A stretch of DNA of 64,000 bases from Phoronis australis (taxonomy: Eukaryota > Animalia > Phoronida): contig NMRA01000651.1 in NCBI GenBank assembly GCA_002633005.1, positions 56,096-120,095 of the forward strand. The letters run 5' to 3'. Of the stretch, positions 1-11,880 are shown in pieces. The translations under genes and the position numbers were made by a program. Within the stretch, counting starts at the first letter, position 1. Each line of letters begins with the position of its first letter. The notes under the pieces were generated by a model. The model saw only the letters and a program-made list of their open reading frames with translations, was not told the origin of the DNA and did no database searches.

Positions 1-449
1 GCCCCACTTCCCGTGACGTCACAGTTAAGTCTCACATAATCTCGCGTTATTGTTATAAACTCGCAAAAGGCCTATTAAAGACAAGTATAAGTGGTGGCAT
101 TTTGGAAACGAACATTTGACTGACAAGACCGCAATGGCTCACCTTTGGCCTATTTAAAAATTGAGGTGATGAAGTCACATCACCTAGCGAGCGCAGTAAA
201 AATTGGAACGTGCGCAGTACAAAAATTTTGATTTCACGATTTTGGGAACTGAAATAGGGACTGCTCGAAGAAAAAGTTTCATAACGGGAGTATTTGTTCG
301 AGTTGGAAGGACTTAAACACATCGACAACCTCCTGAGGTGTTCCTCTATGCGCAAAAGGTATTTATAACAACGTGACTTTGATGGTTTAGTCGGTGCGAG
401 GCATAATTCGCTGAAAAGCTTCCGGCATACAGAGCGCCTATAGCCTCTG

Positions 450-494
450 CATCGCCTCTGCTTCGGGCCAACAGAGGCGATGGTCATTGCCTAG
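450..494 (+). mobile_element. Helitron-like 3' terminus (hairpin + CTAG)
   Basis: Perfect 11-bp stem catcgcctctg (450-460) / cagaggcgatg (472-482), followed 8 nt later by CTAG (491-494). The 5' end was not identified. Confidence 0.4.
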
Positions 495-538
495 GGTTGT
501 TTATGCGATGTATCTATTTGTCCCAGGCACTAACTGAC

Positions 539-913
539 GGCACTAGTCGGATATAATGGACCCTAACTTATTCCAAATAAATCCACTAAATGTAGGTCTA
601 AATGAATGATTTTGGTATCTTTGCATTCCTCAGACATCTGGTAATCACAGCACGTGTTGTAGCAAATCACCGATAGATGGCGCTAGATACAGTAAGTTCC
701 CTGAAATGGCAGCTGATTTCACGATGCGCGTGGCTAAAGTGGACCGAATTCTGAATGGCGTAGTTATAGACTAGAGCAATAGAGGTCATGAAAAGGATTT
801 GTACAGATTGCCAGATGTCTGAGGAATGCAACGATACCAAAATCATTCATTTAGACCTACATTTAGTGGATTTATTTGGAATAAGTTAGGGTCCATTATA
901 TCCGACTAGTGCC
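539..913. mobile_element. MITE with 108-bp terminal inverted repeats (Mutator-like)
   Basis: 539-646 is a near-perfect reverse complement of 806-913. Flanks ctaactgac (530-538) and ctaatcgac (914-922) form an imperfect 9-bp TSD (7/9). Confidence 0.85.
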
Positions 914-2122
914 CTAATCGACATCTGTTAGGCCAAAGGAAAAACGCAGCAGACAAATGGAACACGCTGGGTGCTTAACAGTTTCGGCCCACGCCTTGGT
1001 CATCAAAATATTGTTCACTTGTTTTTTTATTGCAACACAAAGTACTGAGCTCAACATTTATGTTGAAATTTTTGGTTAAGGCATTTTGAATTTATTTGAA
1101 GAAAATTAATATACTTGAATTGATAGAGAATGGCCACCAATAAAGTAAAACATTGACTTTATTTCACTATGTTGCAATTGTTACATACAACACAGCATGA
1201 CATAATCAAAAATAAAAGAAGAGATTGAGCAATAAAATTCAAATGCAACTTGGGTATTTATTTATTTATTTATGAATGCAGAAGCCTGTTAAAGATGAGA
1301 AAAAATCAAACAATACAATTATGGGTAATTTATTAGAACAATTGTATCGAGGTTCAATGATCATCTTTCGCCGACCAAGTCTCAAAGGGTTACAGTTCTG
1401 TTTTGGCTGACAAGGTGTTAACAGAGAATGAAGAGAAACTGAAAAGAAAAAGAAACAGCAGAGATAAGTGGTGTTAAGAACAACATGAGCAAAAAGTCAA
1501 ATAAAGAGGTCACAAATACAAAATAAGTAAGGTCTATCTGGAATAAAACAATTGCGATTTATTTTCCAGAACTGAAAGTCTAAATCAATTTTAATCGACT
1601 TAAAAATCGATATCATACTAGTAAAACGGTTTGTGGTTGAAGTAGAGTTGCTGTAAACCACTTACCACTATTTTCTTGGCCTTTTTCTGTGTGGTTTTCT
1701 GTTCATTCAAAAGGCGGCAGCATATGACGACTATAGGTGTCATTATAAAATGGCTGCCGAAAAGCAATGCACAGTTGAACAACTCGGCTTAAGTAAAAGA
1801 AAATGTTTGAATCAACGAATACTATATATTTGTAAGAGTTAAGTCAAATCCTATTCAGAGCATATCCTTGAAGTGGAATAATTGGGTGAGTACGACAACA
1901 AGCCGGTTTTATGCTTAGGCGAACGACCATTGGGTTCCCGAGTATACCTAGGTTTCAAAACCCCGCTCGCCAGCAGGGCAAGTGAGTCAGAAAATTTACT
2001 CGCCCAGCCTGAAGTTCAGGCGCCCGGCCGTTTGCGTGTGTTACCAATAAAAATCATCGTTTCCTGCGGTGATGTCGCCATCTATTAGGGCTACCGTATT
2101 CGCCCTAATTATGCTAATAAGC

Positions 2123-4409
2123 GGTTGGGGCCAATTTAGATCTTACAAAAACTTAAACGAAGAGCTTTTTATTGAGAGTTCCTTTTCACATTGCTCATCT
2201 CTTTGACGATGTAAACGACAGCTACTGGGCACATGAGCTGCTGCTAAATGAAGTGGTTAATGAACATGCCCCACTTAGGCTCAAGTATCCAAAATCTGCT
2301 CCACCTTTCCTCAACGGCAAACTACGTGAGGCATGTTAGGTGTTACAAAAAACGTATGCTCTCCAACAAATATACGTATGACAGTACAAGAAAGTGGGAA
2401 GCCTACCGTAAAATGAAACGAGCCAGCCTACGATTATATTTCTCAGACAGATGGAGCGAAGGCTCCAACTACAAAAATTTCTGGCCCACAGTCAAACCTT
2501 TCCTCTGAGAAAAAGGCCATACAACCGACACCACGACCATAATCTATGAAAATCAAACTATTTCACACCAGACAAAAGTATGCTCAGTCTTCAATGACTT
2601 CATAAACGTAGCCAAAGATTTAGGAAATTTGACCGACCCCACTAACGAGAAACACCCCAGCCTCCACGTTATTTCTAACAAAAGATGCTGATGTTTTTCA
2701 TTTTAAAAAGGTGTCTGCAATATCTATATTGGACTACATTAACTTGCTAAGCTCTCGGAAAGCTACTGGTATCGATAACATACCAGCCAGACTTCTTCAC
2801 CAATCATCAATCTCATAAACACAAGTTTCTCTTGCTCACAAATACTCGACCGTCTCAAACAAGCTCGCATTACCCCCATTCACAAGAAAAATGACCCTCT
2901 CTCCATCTCAAACTATAGACCCGTCAGTATATTACTAATAATCTCAAAAGTTTATGAACGTGTAATTTTCAACCAAATGTCCAACCATTTTGAATCTAAT
3001 AATCTTTTTAATGACTACCTTGGTGCCTTCCGTGTTGGCTTTAGTTGCAGCACTACCTTACTTTGCCTACTTTAAGACTGGCGTAAAGCCCAAGATGAAC
3101 AAAAATACACTGCAGCTGTACTCATGGATCTTTCTAAAGCTTTCGACTGCCTCCCTCACTCCCTTTTGATCTCCGAACTTAAAGCTTACAAATTTGATGA
3201 CAATGCCGTAGCCCTTCTTGGGAATTATCTCTCCAACAGGAAAAAACAAGTGAAACTAGGCCAACATTCAAGTGAATGGGGCCATGTTTACAAGGGAGTA
3301 CCCCAAGGATCCATCCTGGGACCCCTTCTCTTTAATATTTTCATCAATGTCATCTTCTTTGTGAAAAAATCTACAGTGGTCAACTACGCAGATGACAGCA
3401 CCCTCTCCTCCGACAGCAACCCACTCTCCATTACTGAAAGCCTAAGACAAGATAGTGAGTCACTCATCAACTGGTTCGCTGTAAATAGCATGCGAGCAAA
3501 TCCTGACAAATTCCAAGCAATCTGCATAGGGAAAAAATGAGCACATTCTGTAAAACCCTCTCTATTGGAAATTGCGAAATACCTTGTGATCCGAAAGTTA
3601 AACTTCTAGGAATAGCCATTGATACCAACCTATCTTTTGACTCCCATATTTCGAACATTTGCAAAAGAGCCTCACAACAAATAAACGTTCTAAGAAGAAT
3701 TGGACACCATCTTACGATAAAGGGTAGACTTGCCATTTTTTACTCCTTCGTCCTGTCAAATTTCAAATACTGCCCCCTCTCTTGGGATTTTTGCTCGAAA
3801 GAAAATACAATCAAACTAGAAAAACTTCAGCTCAGAGCCCTACGTTTTGTTTACAATGATGACATTAGCACGCACGACCAACTACTCTCTTTAGCTAGCA
3901 AACCACCCCTTCACCTACACAGACTTCGACTTATTGCAATAGAAGTATTTAAAATCCTTCATGGTGAATCACCCAAGACACTTTCTTCACTTGTAAAGAA
4001 ACAAGAAAACAATTACTCCTTTCGCTACAGCAACCTTCTAGCTTTTCCTCAAGTTAAATCTGTTAAATATGGAAAACGATCTTTTCGCTTCGGGGCTGCT
4101 CGGGTTTGGAACAGTCTACTGAATCTGTTGCGCACAACAGAGTCTTTCACCATTTTCCGTGGACTGATTCGGACCTGGACTGGCCCTATATGCAGCTGTT
4201 ATTGTTTATGCTCATTTGACCCTAGCTAGTACATAGCTTAGCGATTACGACACTTTACTTTTATTTACAATTATATCTCTGTGTTATTCTCTACCTCTAG
4301 CTTAAGTTCCATTTTCTTTGTGTTTTTCTGTTAAATTTAATGTTGTAGTAATAGCCCAACTGGCTAATGTTAATCTCCGAATGACGTTAAATAAAGTATC
4401 TTGAATCTT
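2123..4409 (+). mobile_element. 5'-truncated, degenerate L2/CR1-group LINE (reverse transcriptase ORF2 remnant)
   Basis: Frameshifted RT motifs DLSKAFDCLPH, GVPQGSILGPLLFNIFIN, YADD; C-terminal YGKRSFRFGAARVWNSL and CSC; 3' end AATAAA followed by atcttgaatcttg. It interrupts a CCGTA MITE whose halves are contiguous in the 45707 copy. Confidence 0.9.
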
Positions 4410-5158
4410 GGGACGCTTAAAAAAATTTGTTTCGGAAGGGGTGCGCTTATTGTAGGCTAAGGCGGTTGAAACCCGGTCACCGAAACGAGTGAAATCGGAA
4501 GCTACAACTGTAAGAGTCATCAAATTTACTCCCTGTGACATATCTGTAACCTATGACAGACTTTTTACAAAACAGTGGTGCATTGCTATCAAACTTCGTT
4601 GTTAAATTACGATCTTTTTTCAAAAAATTGTGCTGAAATCCCAGGGCGAAAACTTGCCAACTGATGCGTGGCTGCCTCGCGATCGTTAGGGCAACTTAAA
4701 TTCTTGAATAAAAACACAGTTTCGACTCAGTAAATTACGTGAATTCCTCCTTAAGTTTTCCAAAAAGCGTCCCTAAGATTTTTAAGTTCTTTGGAGTCGG
4801 AATCTAACTGCAGATTAAGTCCAAATCTGCGCTAGATCGCAACCCACAACACGACGAAAATCTGGACGAACACACATGTTGATGTCACGTGACGTTTGAA
4901 CTTAATCTGCAGGTGTGCTCCGAGTGAGCAAGCGCATGCGTGTCATCAGAGTTCATTTGCTAGAGTAAAAGGGCCTACATGTATTTAGCGCACGCTTCTT
5001 GACCACATCCTTTTTACAATGGTCAAATTTTGATGCGCGGTTTTTACGTGAACGAAGTAATCTGGATTCCTGTTGGGGGTGAAGATCTGAGTGTACGAGA
5101 AAGATACAATACAATCCCGTTGACAAGTACACTGCATCTGTTCTGAAAGGCCTAACCA

Positions 5159-5478
5159 CATAGGCGGATTTGGGGTGGGGCATGGGGCCCAGCCCTCCCC
5201 CCACTTGGCAGAATCATGAAGCAGCCACAGCGTGAAGCTTGAGGAAATATTGAGTTCAGTAACTAGCACCGGTAGCGGATGAAGGGGGAGGGGCTCAGAC
5301 CCCCATCGGAATCGTGTTTCCTTTTTTTAGTCCGCAGATAGATTTTCTGAACGGGAGGTCCACATCCCCAGCCCCCGCAACTTTCGGGCCGCTTACAAGT
5401 GCACATACCATCGCGCTTTGCCCAATTCCCCGAGGAAACATGTTGGGCCCCCTTTATGGTATCCTAGATCCGCCACTG
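5159..5478. mobile_element. Small MITE with CATAGGCGGAT/ATCCGCCACTG termini inserted in the HIRAN remnant
   Basis: Absent from the homologous copy near 46470 (ggcctgaccatag). Flanked by duplicated taacca/tgacca (6 bp, 1 mismatch). Confidence 0.75.
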
Positions 5479-6446
5479 TGACCATAGTGGGACACGTTCC
5501 TCGCAAGATCAGCAAAGCATTTGCGTTCTTTTTGAAGCACTGCGGAAGTTTGAAGTGTACAATCACGACTAAATTCCGGCATAGCGGCAAGGCTCGTGGT
5601 CTAGAAATTCCGCGCACAATGATTTTTCAGGACTGTCGTATATTATTGATAAATTGAAGACATTACTGTAGAATTTTCGAACTGTAGGTAATGCATTTTT
5701 TCGCATATGTACACATTCATGGACTGGGCGCTTATTTTAGCCTGATTTTTAGTCTGAAAACGCGTGGGGGCGCTTATAGGGGCATAGGGGCTACGCAATT
5801 ACGGTGATTGCTGTGTTTTGAATGTTATGATTCATAAAATAATTTTATCTAAAATGACGTACATTGCCATTGGTTATTACAATAAGAAATCAGATCCAAG
5901 AAATATGGTATTTCACTTGTGAGCACATGGACCAGTCTTCCACCTTCCCCCCTTTTTCTTCGTTTCGGACTAGTCCACAAATTCCTGTGTGCACGACCAC
6001 ACACTGTGATCTTTTGTCTAGACGAATCTCGTAACGGGTGATATCTATCGAGTCGGTAGGAGTGCACTGCGCTGATGTTTTTTACTGCCGAAATTGCTGA
6101 CGAAATTGAACCTTAAATTCATGATAAAAACAGCACAAGGAGGAGAAAATTTATTCATGTTCGTTTGGGAGACGCTTCCTGGGCGACTGGCATGTCAACT
6201 TCTACTCGCCCAGCACCATTTTACTCGCATTGGCGAGTGGCTAAGTATATCTCTGAGTCAAAGGCAATGTCAATCATTGTAGGGAAATGACAAAAATTTT
6301 CGTTTTCCACATTTAGCAAAGAATTTGGCACCATTGTAAAGAACACTTCACAAGCTTCCAATGGTATATTAATTAACTTTCTATGTCAACTGGTTCGAAA
6401 GTTATTGCAGTTTTAAAGAAGAAAATTGCACCCGTGTAATTGTCTG

Positions 6447-7094
6447 TACATATAAAACTACAAGGTATGACACTCGGGACTAGAAATTCCACAGGTGTTC
6501 CCATTCAGCCGTCCATATCAAATACATAACTCAATAAATTTACACAAAATGGGTTCAACAAACCATAAGCAATTGTTCTTTCTTATAATACCATTCACAA
6601 TGTCCTGACTCCTGCTCCAGCTAGTTCGCAAGAAATTCGCAGTCAAAGCACAAAAATGTTCCCAAAAATCCCAAACACACCTTGAACTTTGACGGTTCGA
6701 GGTCAAAGACGGTACGGAAATTACTGATGAGTTACGGATGGGCGACTAAGTGTAAATCGTGACTTTATGTGACAAACCGGGTGTAGATTGTTACTTTATG
6801 CGACAAACTGGTAATTTCCGTACCATCCTTGACTGCGAACCGTCAAAGTTCGAGGTGTGTTTGGGCTTTTTGGGAACACTTTTGTGCTTTGACAATTTGA
6901 CTGCGAATTTCTTGCGAACTCGTTGGAGCAGGACACCATGAATGGTATTTTAAGAAAGAGCAATTGCTCATGGGTTGTTGAACCCATTTTGTGTAAATTT
7001 ATTGAGTTATGTGTTTGATATGGATGGCTAAATCGAAGCACCCGTGTAATTTCTAGTCCCGAGTGTCACACCTGACCTTGTAGTATTCTATGTA
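6447..7094. mobile_element. Foldback MITE with ~280-bp inverted arms
   Basis: About 6447-6725 is the reverse complement of about 6808-7094 (e.g. gacactcgggactagaaatt / aatttctagtcccgagtgtc), with a short spacer. Confidence 0.85.
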
Positions 7095-8017
7095 GTATAT
7101 TGGGGACGATCAGAAGCTGAGGACGCCTGTGCCCTGGCCTAGGCTTAGCCAGCCAGCTATAGTCAAGTGACCTAATTATCGGACGTATTGGCACATTTTG
7201 CATTATATTTAATTGAAAAATCTACGGATTGTTGTAAATTCTTTGAAATAAAGACTAACCTTTGCGGAATTATTCTGTTACTATATCGTGTCACCGTAAG
7301 CCACGTTTATGTTCTGACTGATCTTTAAAAAACACAACTGGCAAACCTCCGGAGAACCTAAGTATCGGACACCATGTTTCTCCGTACGCCACCAGTCATG
7401 TGGTGTTGGGTGTGACCTTTCCTGGGCTCTTCTGTCGTCAGGGGTCCCACCAGACCAACACCAACGTTACGTTATGAAAGGACATCACAGCCGAGACTGA
7501 CGTCAACATTTACTACAATTCATTCCAACTCTAACAAATACATCCGTAATTAAACAGGGTTAAGCATAAGTTGCAGAAATGTTCCAGCATATCCTACAGC
7601 CTGTATAATACATGCTTTAGGATATGCCATCATCTAGCTGGCTGATTGCCCTCACATGTGTTTTACCAATGGACAGTTAGCCCTAGGAGCCGAGTTAAAT
7701 TTTGAATGAAAATATACGGAGATCAGAGAGTTCATCAAGTTCTGACTTACCTGTAAATAAGAAGAGGCAGTGTGAACTAGTTGGATAGGTGTCTGCTTCC
7801 TTTAAGCTCATTGTCGTGTATTTGAGTCCCACTGGGGCACACTGCTTGACCCTTGAGTCAGTCCACTAGCTCCTCAGATCGGTTTTATCTGTTTATAAAG
7901 CATGAAAATGGTTTCAGGAGATCAGTACAATGGGTCTATCCGAGCGGCCTACGCATGTCTGGTACAACGTGTTCCAGACCGCTTACAATTATTTTTTACC
8001 TGTCAATAAACTTTGCC

Positions 8018-8340
8018 CTTTTTATGTGCCCACATATTCATGTATGGGTGCTCAGTGTCGTCATCTTTGTCTGGGTGTCAGCCGTCTGCTGCTGTATCTC
8101 TTAAACCCCTTGCAAAATTTTATTGAAATTTGGCAGATGTATTCCTATGAAACTGACGATGTAGGAAGATGAAATTTGGACCGATCCGACCACCTCTGTG
8201 CCCCCTAGTGGCAATATTACTTTTTTACAATTGCATCTGTATCTTTGGAGATCCTTGATGAAATTTAAAGCTACAGATTTTTATTAAGGAGACAATACCA
8301 TTCCATTTTCAAAGGGATTTGACATTACAAGATCTAAAAC
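8018..8340 (+). mobile_element. HINE-like element fragment (same family as 58026)
   Basis: tttttatgtgcccacata..tgggtgc, gctgtatctc, aaatttggcaga, gtgccccctagtggcaa. Further diverged copies at about 21843-22695, 23983-24410, 57100-57600 and 12780-13700. Confidence 0.62.
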
Positions 8341-8348
8341 CAGGTTAA

Positions 8349-10018
8349 AGGAGAATGCCACCTGATTTAATAAGTCTTTTTTGCCGTCTTAATCGGTCTA
8401 TATCTACATTGCCTCGCATACGGTCGACCTTACCTTGCCAAGAGGTGTCGCATTAACCTGTGAGGAAGGTGAGAAACGACGCTAGCGACGTCAGTGGTTC
8501 ATATGCAGAGTGAATGCCGCTATGTTGCGGTGCATCGTTCCCGCTTGTCCGAACTAACGAACTAAGCAGCTGCGAGGAAAGTGGGTATATCGTTTTTTTT
8601 ACTTCCTCGAGAGTCCAAAATGCGAAGTGGCTCATGGTAGTGAAGAATGAAATGTACGTTGTAAATAGCATTTATGAGGCCGTGAAACATCTCCGTGTCT
8701 GTGGCCGGCAGACGTCGACAGTGCCTGACGAATGCCGGCTTACCAAATAACTCCATACGTTCCGTTGTGTGAGCTTGTTCACGGCGCAACTCTAGTATTT
8801 CTTCATCACTGTATTCCTGTTCGAATTGATAGCCTGTAAAACTTAACGATCCACCTGCGAAGTCGGGACTGATGAGCTCTAGCTCGTCCTAAGTCGGGAT
8901 TGCGAGTTGCCATGTTGGCGTTTATTACTGAGCGTTCTGTTTCAAATGAATTATTCTCACCCTAACCAATACTTATATAAAACTGAAACAAAGTGTCTCA
9001 TTAGATGCAATTTGTAATGCCTTTGGAGTGTTCGTGAGTGCAAATGATTTGAGAAGCTAGCAATGAATAAATCACTGCGTTACCGGCTTTAGGTGCAATA
9101 AAACTAATTGACGGGACCGAGGCCATGTGAGCTCATGCTTAGTGTTTGCTGGCAAAAACTGTTGTGAAACAATTCGATTTCCATCCCACGGCCAGATGTT
9201 AGTGGAATCTTTATTTCCTTTTACATTACTCAAATAATGATTGTCAATGTACATTTTATGCCCTGACGGTGCTGTGGCCAAAGCGGAACTTGAATTCGTG
9301 GCCCCGGATGAGTAAGTAGATTTGCAGTTTCGTGGCTAATTCACCAACATAATCACATGCACATTACTTTCGCTCACTAGTATAGTATTTTCTTGACTGG
9401 AAGTTTAGTTTTCACTGAACTTTGGCTGGTTTATGTTCATGATATCTGATCAGTTTCCGAGCCACTCACTTGCCGGGATAATCCGGCCGGCCGTGACGGG
9501 CCTGATCGGGCTCCGAGCCACTGGCCAGGATAACAAGCGTTATGTGTTTAGAACTCAAAAAATCACAAGTCTAAACAACACAGATCTAGGTTCTCCTGTC
9601 TGTATCTCATGGAAAATACTTTTGAAAAATTATCTCCGAACAGACCCCAAACTCCTGCTACGGACCTTATTGGCCTGCCGAACTTTGCAGGCTACGGTGT
9701 GTCCAAATACCAATAAATCCGTAAGAGCAAAATAAAACAACACATTTTTATAAGAACTCGGTGTATTTTTAAGGTTTTTACATCGAAGTTTGATGATTTA
9801 TTGGTGTTAAATGATGACTTCAAGCGATAAGCTCACATCAGGAACCCGTGTTGTGAACTGCTGAACAGACCGTGTGAAACCGATGACGTCATTGTATAAT
9901 TTCAACACCTCCGTCTGCCGTCAGGTGTCAGGTAACGCAACCGTACGTGTCATTATGGAGTAGAACTACTCGATCTAAATTGATACAAATTAGGTTGTTT
10001 TTAGGTTGGCATTCTCCT
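8349..10018 (+). mobile_element. Kolobok-like non-autonomous DNA transposon with THAP-domain remnant
   Basis: TTAA on both sides (8345-8348, 10019-10022); TIR aggagaatgcca / tggcattctcct. Internal MPLCC...KWL...HLRVCGR is THAP-like. A TTAA TSD with AG termini and a THAP domain are Kolobok hallmarks. Confidence 0.82.
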
Positions 10019-10268
10019 TTAAAGTGTTCAGACTGTAGTTATAACCCTTAAATCAGTTTTCCACTTTGATGTGAAAGTGAAGAGGTTTTAAATATGGATC
10101 CTACAATTTTGAGTCTTGCCTCAGTGGGTTCTTACCTAGTTCAGGAGACTCCAGGCGTATGCGTAACCACACAACATTTTTAAAATGAATGGATTAAAAA
10201 AGAGCAATTTAGAAAATAAAATCTATACTCTGACCCTTATTTTTAGGTAAGAAGACATACATACAGTG

Positions 10269-10417
10269 ATGACATCGATCATTAAATTGCAACCCCTCTC
10301 AGGGGCTATGGATGAGGGGCCCTTGGCATATATTCTTCAAGTTGATGAATTTCGATTTCTACTTGACGCAGGATGGAATGAAGACTTTAGTCAGGAACAC
10401 ATGGAAAATTTAAAGAG
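10269..10417 (+). CDS. CPSF2: CPSF2 (CPSF100) coding exon 1
   Basis: Manual translation [49 protein letters not shown] matches the recalled metazoan CPSF2 N-terminus (MTSIIKL..LSG...[13 protein letters not shown]). 149 nt, ends AG|GTAAGC. Absent from the ORF track because it is short. Confidence 0.95.
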
Positions 10418-10449
10418 GTAAGCTGTTACTGTTGACTTCGTGTAGTAGT

Positions 10450-10486
10450 TTGTGTGTGTGTGTGTGCGTGTGCGTGTGCGTGTGTG
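10450..10486. repeat. (TG)n/(TGCGTG)n microsatellite in CPSF2 intron 1
   Basis: tgtgtgtgtgtgtgtgcgtgtgcgtgtgcgtgtgtg. Confidence 0.9.
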
Positions 10487-10545
10487 CTCGAAATTTTTCT
10501 TGAATGGCTGATGTTAATGTCAATCTCAGTACGGCGTGGAAAATA

Positions 10546-10736
10546 TGTTGCAAACATTTTAAGTCTGGTCAGTGGTCCCGATGGCTCAGTGGCTAGAGCA
10601 TCTGCACGGTTACTAGAAGGTCCTGGGTTTGAGTCCCGGTTGGGGGTAGAAATCTTTTCAGACTTATGTATATTCATTAGGTCATGGGATGTGGCCAACA
10701 TATGGCGTGTTGACTTGACTTAAAATGTTTGCAACA
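10546..10736 (+). mobile_element. tRNA-containing LTR-like unit (TG...CA, PBS-like TGGCG) in CPSF2 intron 1
   Basis: tgttg (10546) ... caaca (10700), then ta-tggcg. Internal pseudo-tRNA at 10575-10646 (D-stem GCTC/GAGC, degenerate B box gggtttgagtccc). A perfect 20-bp inverted copy of the left end lies at 10717-10736. Confidence 0.55.
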
Positions 10737-10918
10737 AAAGCCAGTGTTTAATTTTTTTTTGAAAGCATTTGAACAGGCGTTGTGTTGTACCATTTTGTTT
10801 AATTTCAAGAACTTCACTTAAAAACACTTTTTCTGTGTTCTGGTTGTTACTTGCTAGTGTCGCATTTGCCGTCTTGAAATGACTTGTATTTGACTTACTG
10901 TTTGTACCTGTGTTGCAG

Positions 10919-11078
10919 CCATATACCCACAATTGATGCTGTGCTACTGACATACCCAGACATCTATCACCTGGGTGCCTTGCCACACCTAGTGGGAAAG
11001 TGTGGCCTTTCTTGTCCCATTTATGCCACCATACCTGTGTACAAGATGGGACAGATGTTCATGTATGATTTGTACCAG
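10919..11078 (+). CDS. CPSF2: CPSF2 coding exon 2
   Basis: ttgcag| [53 protein letters not shown] |gtactg. 160 nt, phase-consistent with exon 1. Confidence 0.96.
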
Positions 11079-11880
11079 GTACTGTATTCTAGTTACCAAA
11101 ACTACCACTATAACTTAAGCAAATGTCACAAATCATTGACAGGTTGTCTAGCCAACTAAACCATACAAGCAATAGTTGACTTGGAGTCATAAGCTGGGCA
11201 CCCACGTCAGTCTTCACTTGGGTCAGATATGTCGTTGCTTAACATTAATGATCCTTTCGAATTACTCTACTTATGTCCTTAGTTGGCAATTCTAAATTAA
11301 GACTTTCTTTTTTAACTCAAAAAATGCATTCGGTGTTGAGCTTTTGTCTCAAAAGTTGGATTTTAAATCGAACATAAAAATAGGAAATGCTATTTGAAAC
11401 ATGGTTTTCACCTTTAGAGGAAACTCCAAACCTGCTAAAATCAGTTGATTCCTTCTTGAGATATCGAATTCTGAAGTTTAGAGTCCTGCTCAAAACACAA
11501 TCAGTAGAAAACACAATTTTGTACGACAATGTCAAACGCTCAGCATTTTGTATGACACTGCCAAACACTCAGCATTTTGTATGACACTGTCAAACAATAG
11601 CATTTTGTTCTTGATTTATGTTCAGAGCTATGCTTGGTGGTCATGACAGTTGTTGAAATGTTTTCTGGTTTCTTCTGTTTTATTTTTCAAACGTATCTAA
11701 CATGAAAAAATAATAATTAGATTTTCACAGCTAAACCTGAAGCACCAATCATATGATTCATTTAAAGGAACAAGGTTGACGTTGAAAATACTGGGAGGAG
11801 TTTAGCAAGATGTGTATACTTTAGGTTTGTAGTGAGTAGAGTTCTGAGGCATTGCTGATGTAGCCAAACGGCATGGGTTC

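Larger units (their letters stand above)
2094..5804 (+). mobile_element. TA-target CCGTA-TIR DNA element, family A copy 1 (carries HIRAN-like remnant; interrupted by a LINE and a MITE)
   Basis: Starts ta|ccgtattcgcccta, ends ggcgcttatagg..aattacgg. Homologous to 45707-46790 and 35956-38980. Confidence 0.75.
1938..6255 (+). mobile_element. hAT-like non-autonomous element (copy 1) with nested CCGTA MITE, LINE and small MITE
   Basis: Colinear with 45530-47257 (ggtttcaaaacc..ctcgccagc..gaagttcag at the left; ctcgcattggc..ctaagtatatc.ctg at the right). The left TIR is degraded. Confidence 0.8.

Noticed and set aside
1-60. ETS (CACTTCC) + CRE (TGACGTCA) motifs as the CPSF2 promoter
   Set aside because: About 10 kb from the ATG and probably within a Helitron-like remnant ending at 494. 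Similar motifs recur in TEs across the window.
53-487. 144-aa minus-strand ORF
   Set aside because: No recognisable homology or coding-like composition; overlaps repeat-like sequence.
10575-10646. Functional tRNA gene (also 54500, 54945, 61240)
   Set aside because: Mismatched acceptor and anticodon stems, a mutated T-loop or no cloverleaf; treated as tRNA-derived repeat parts.
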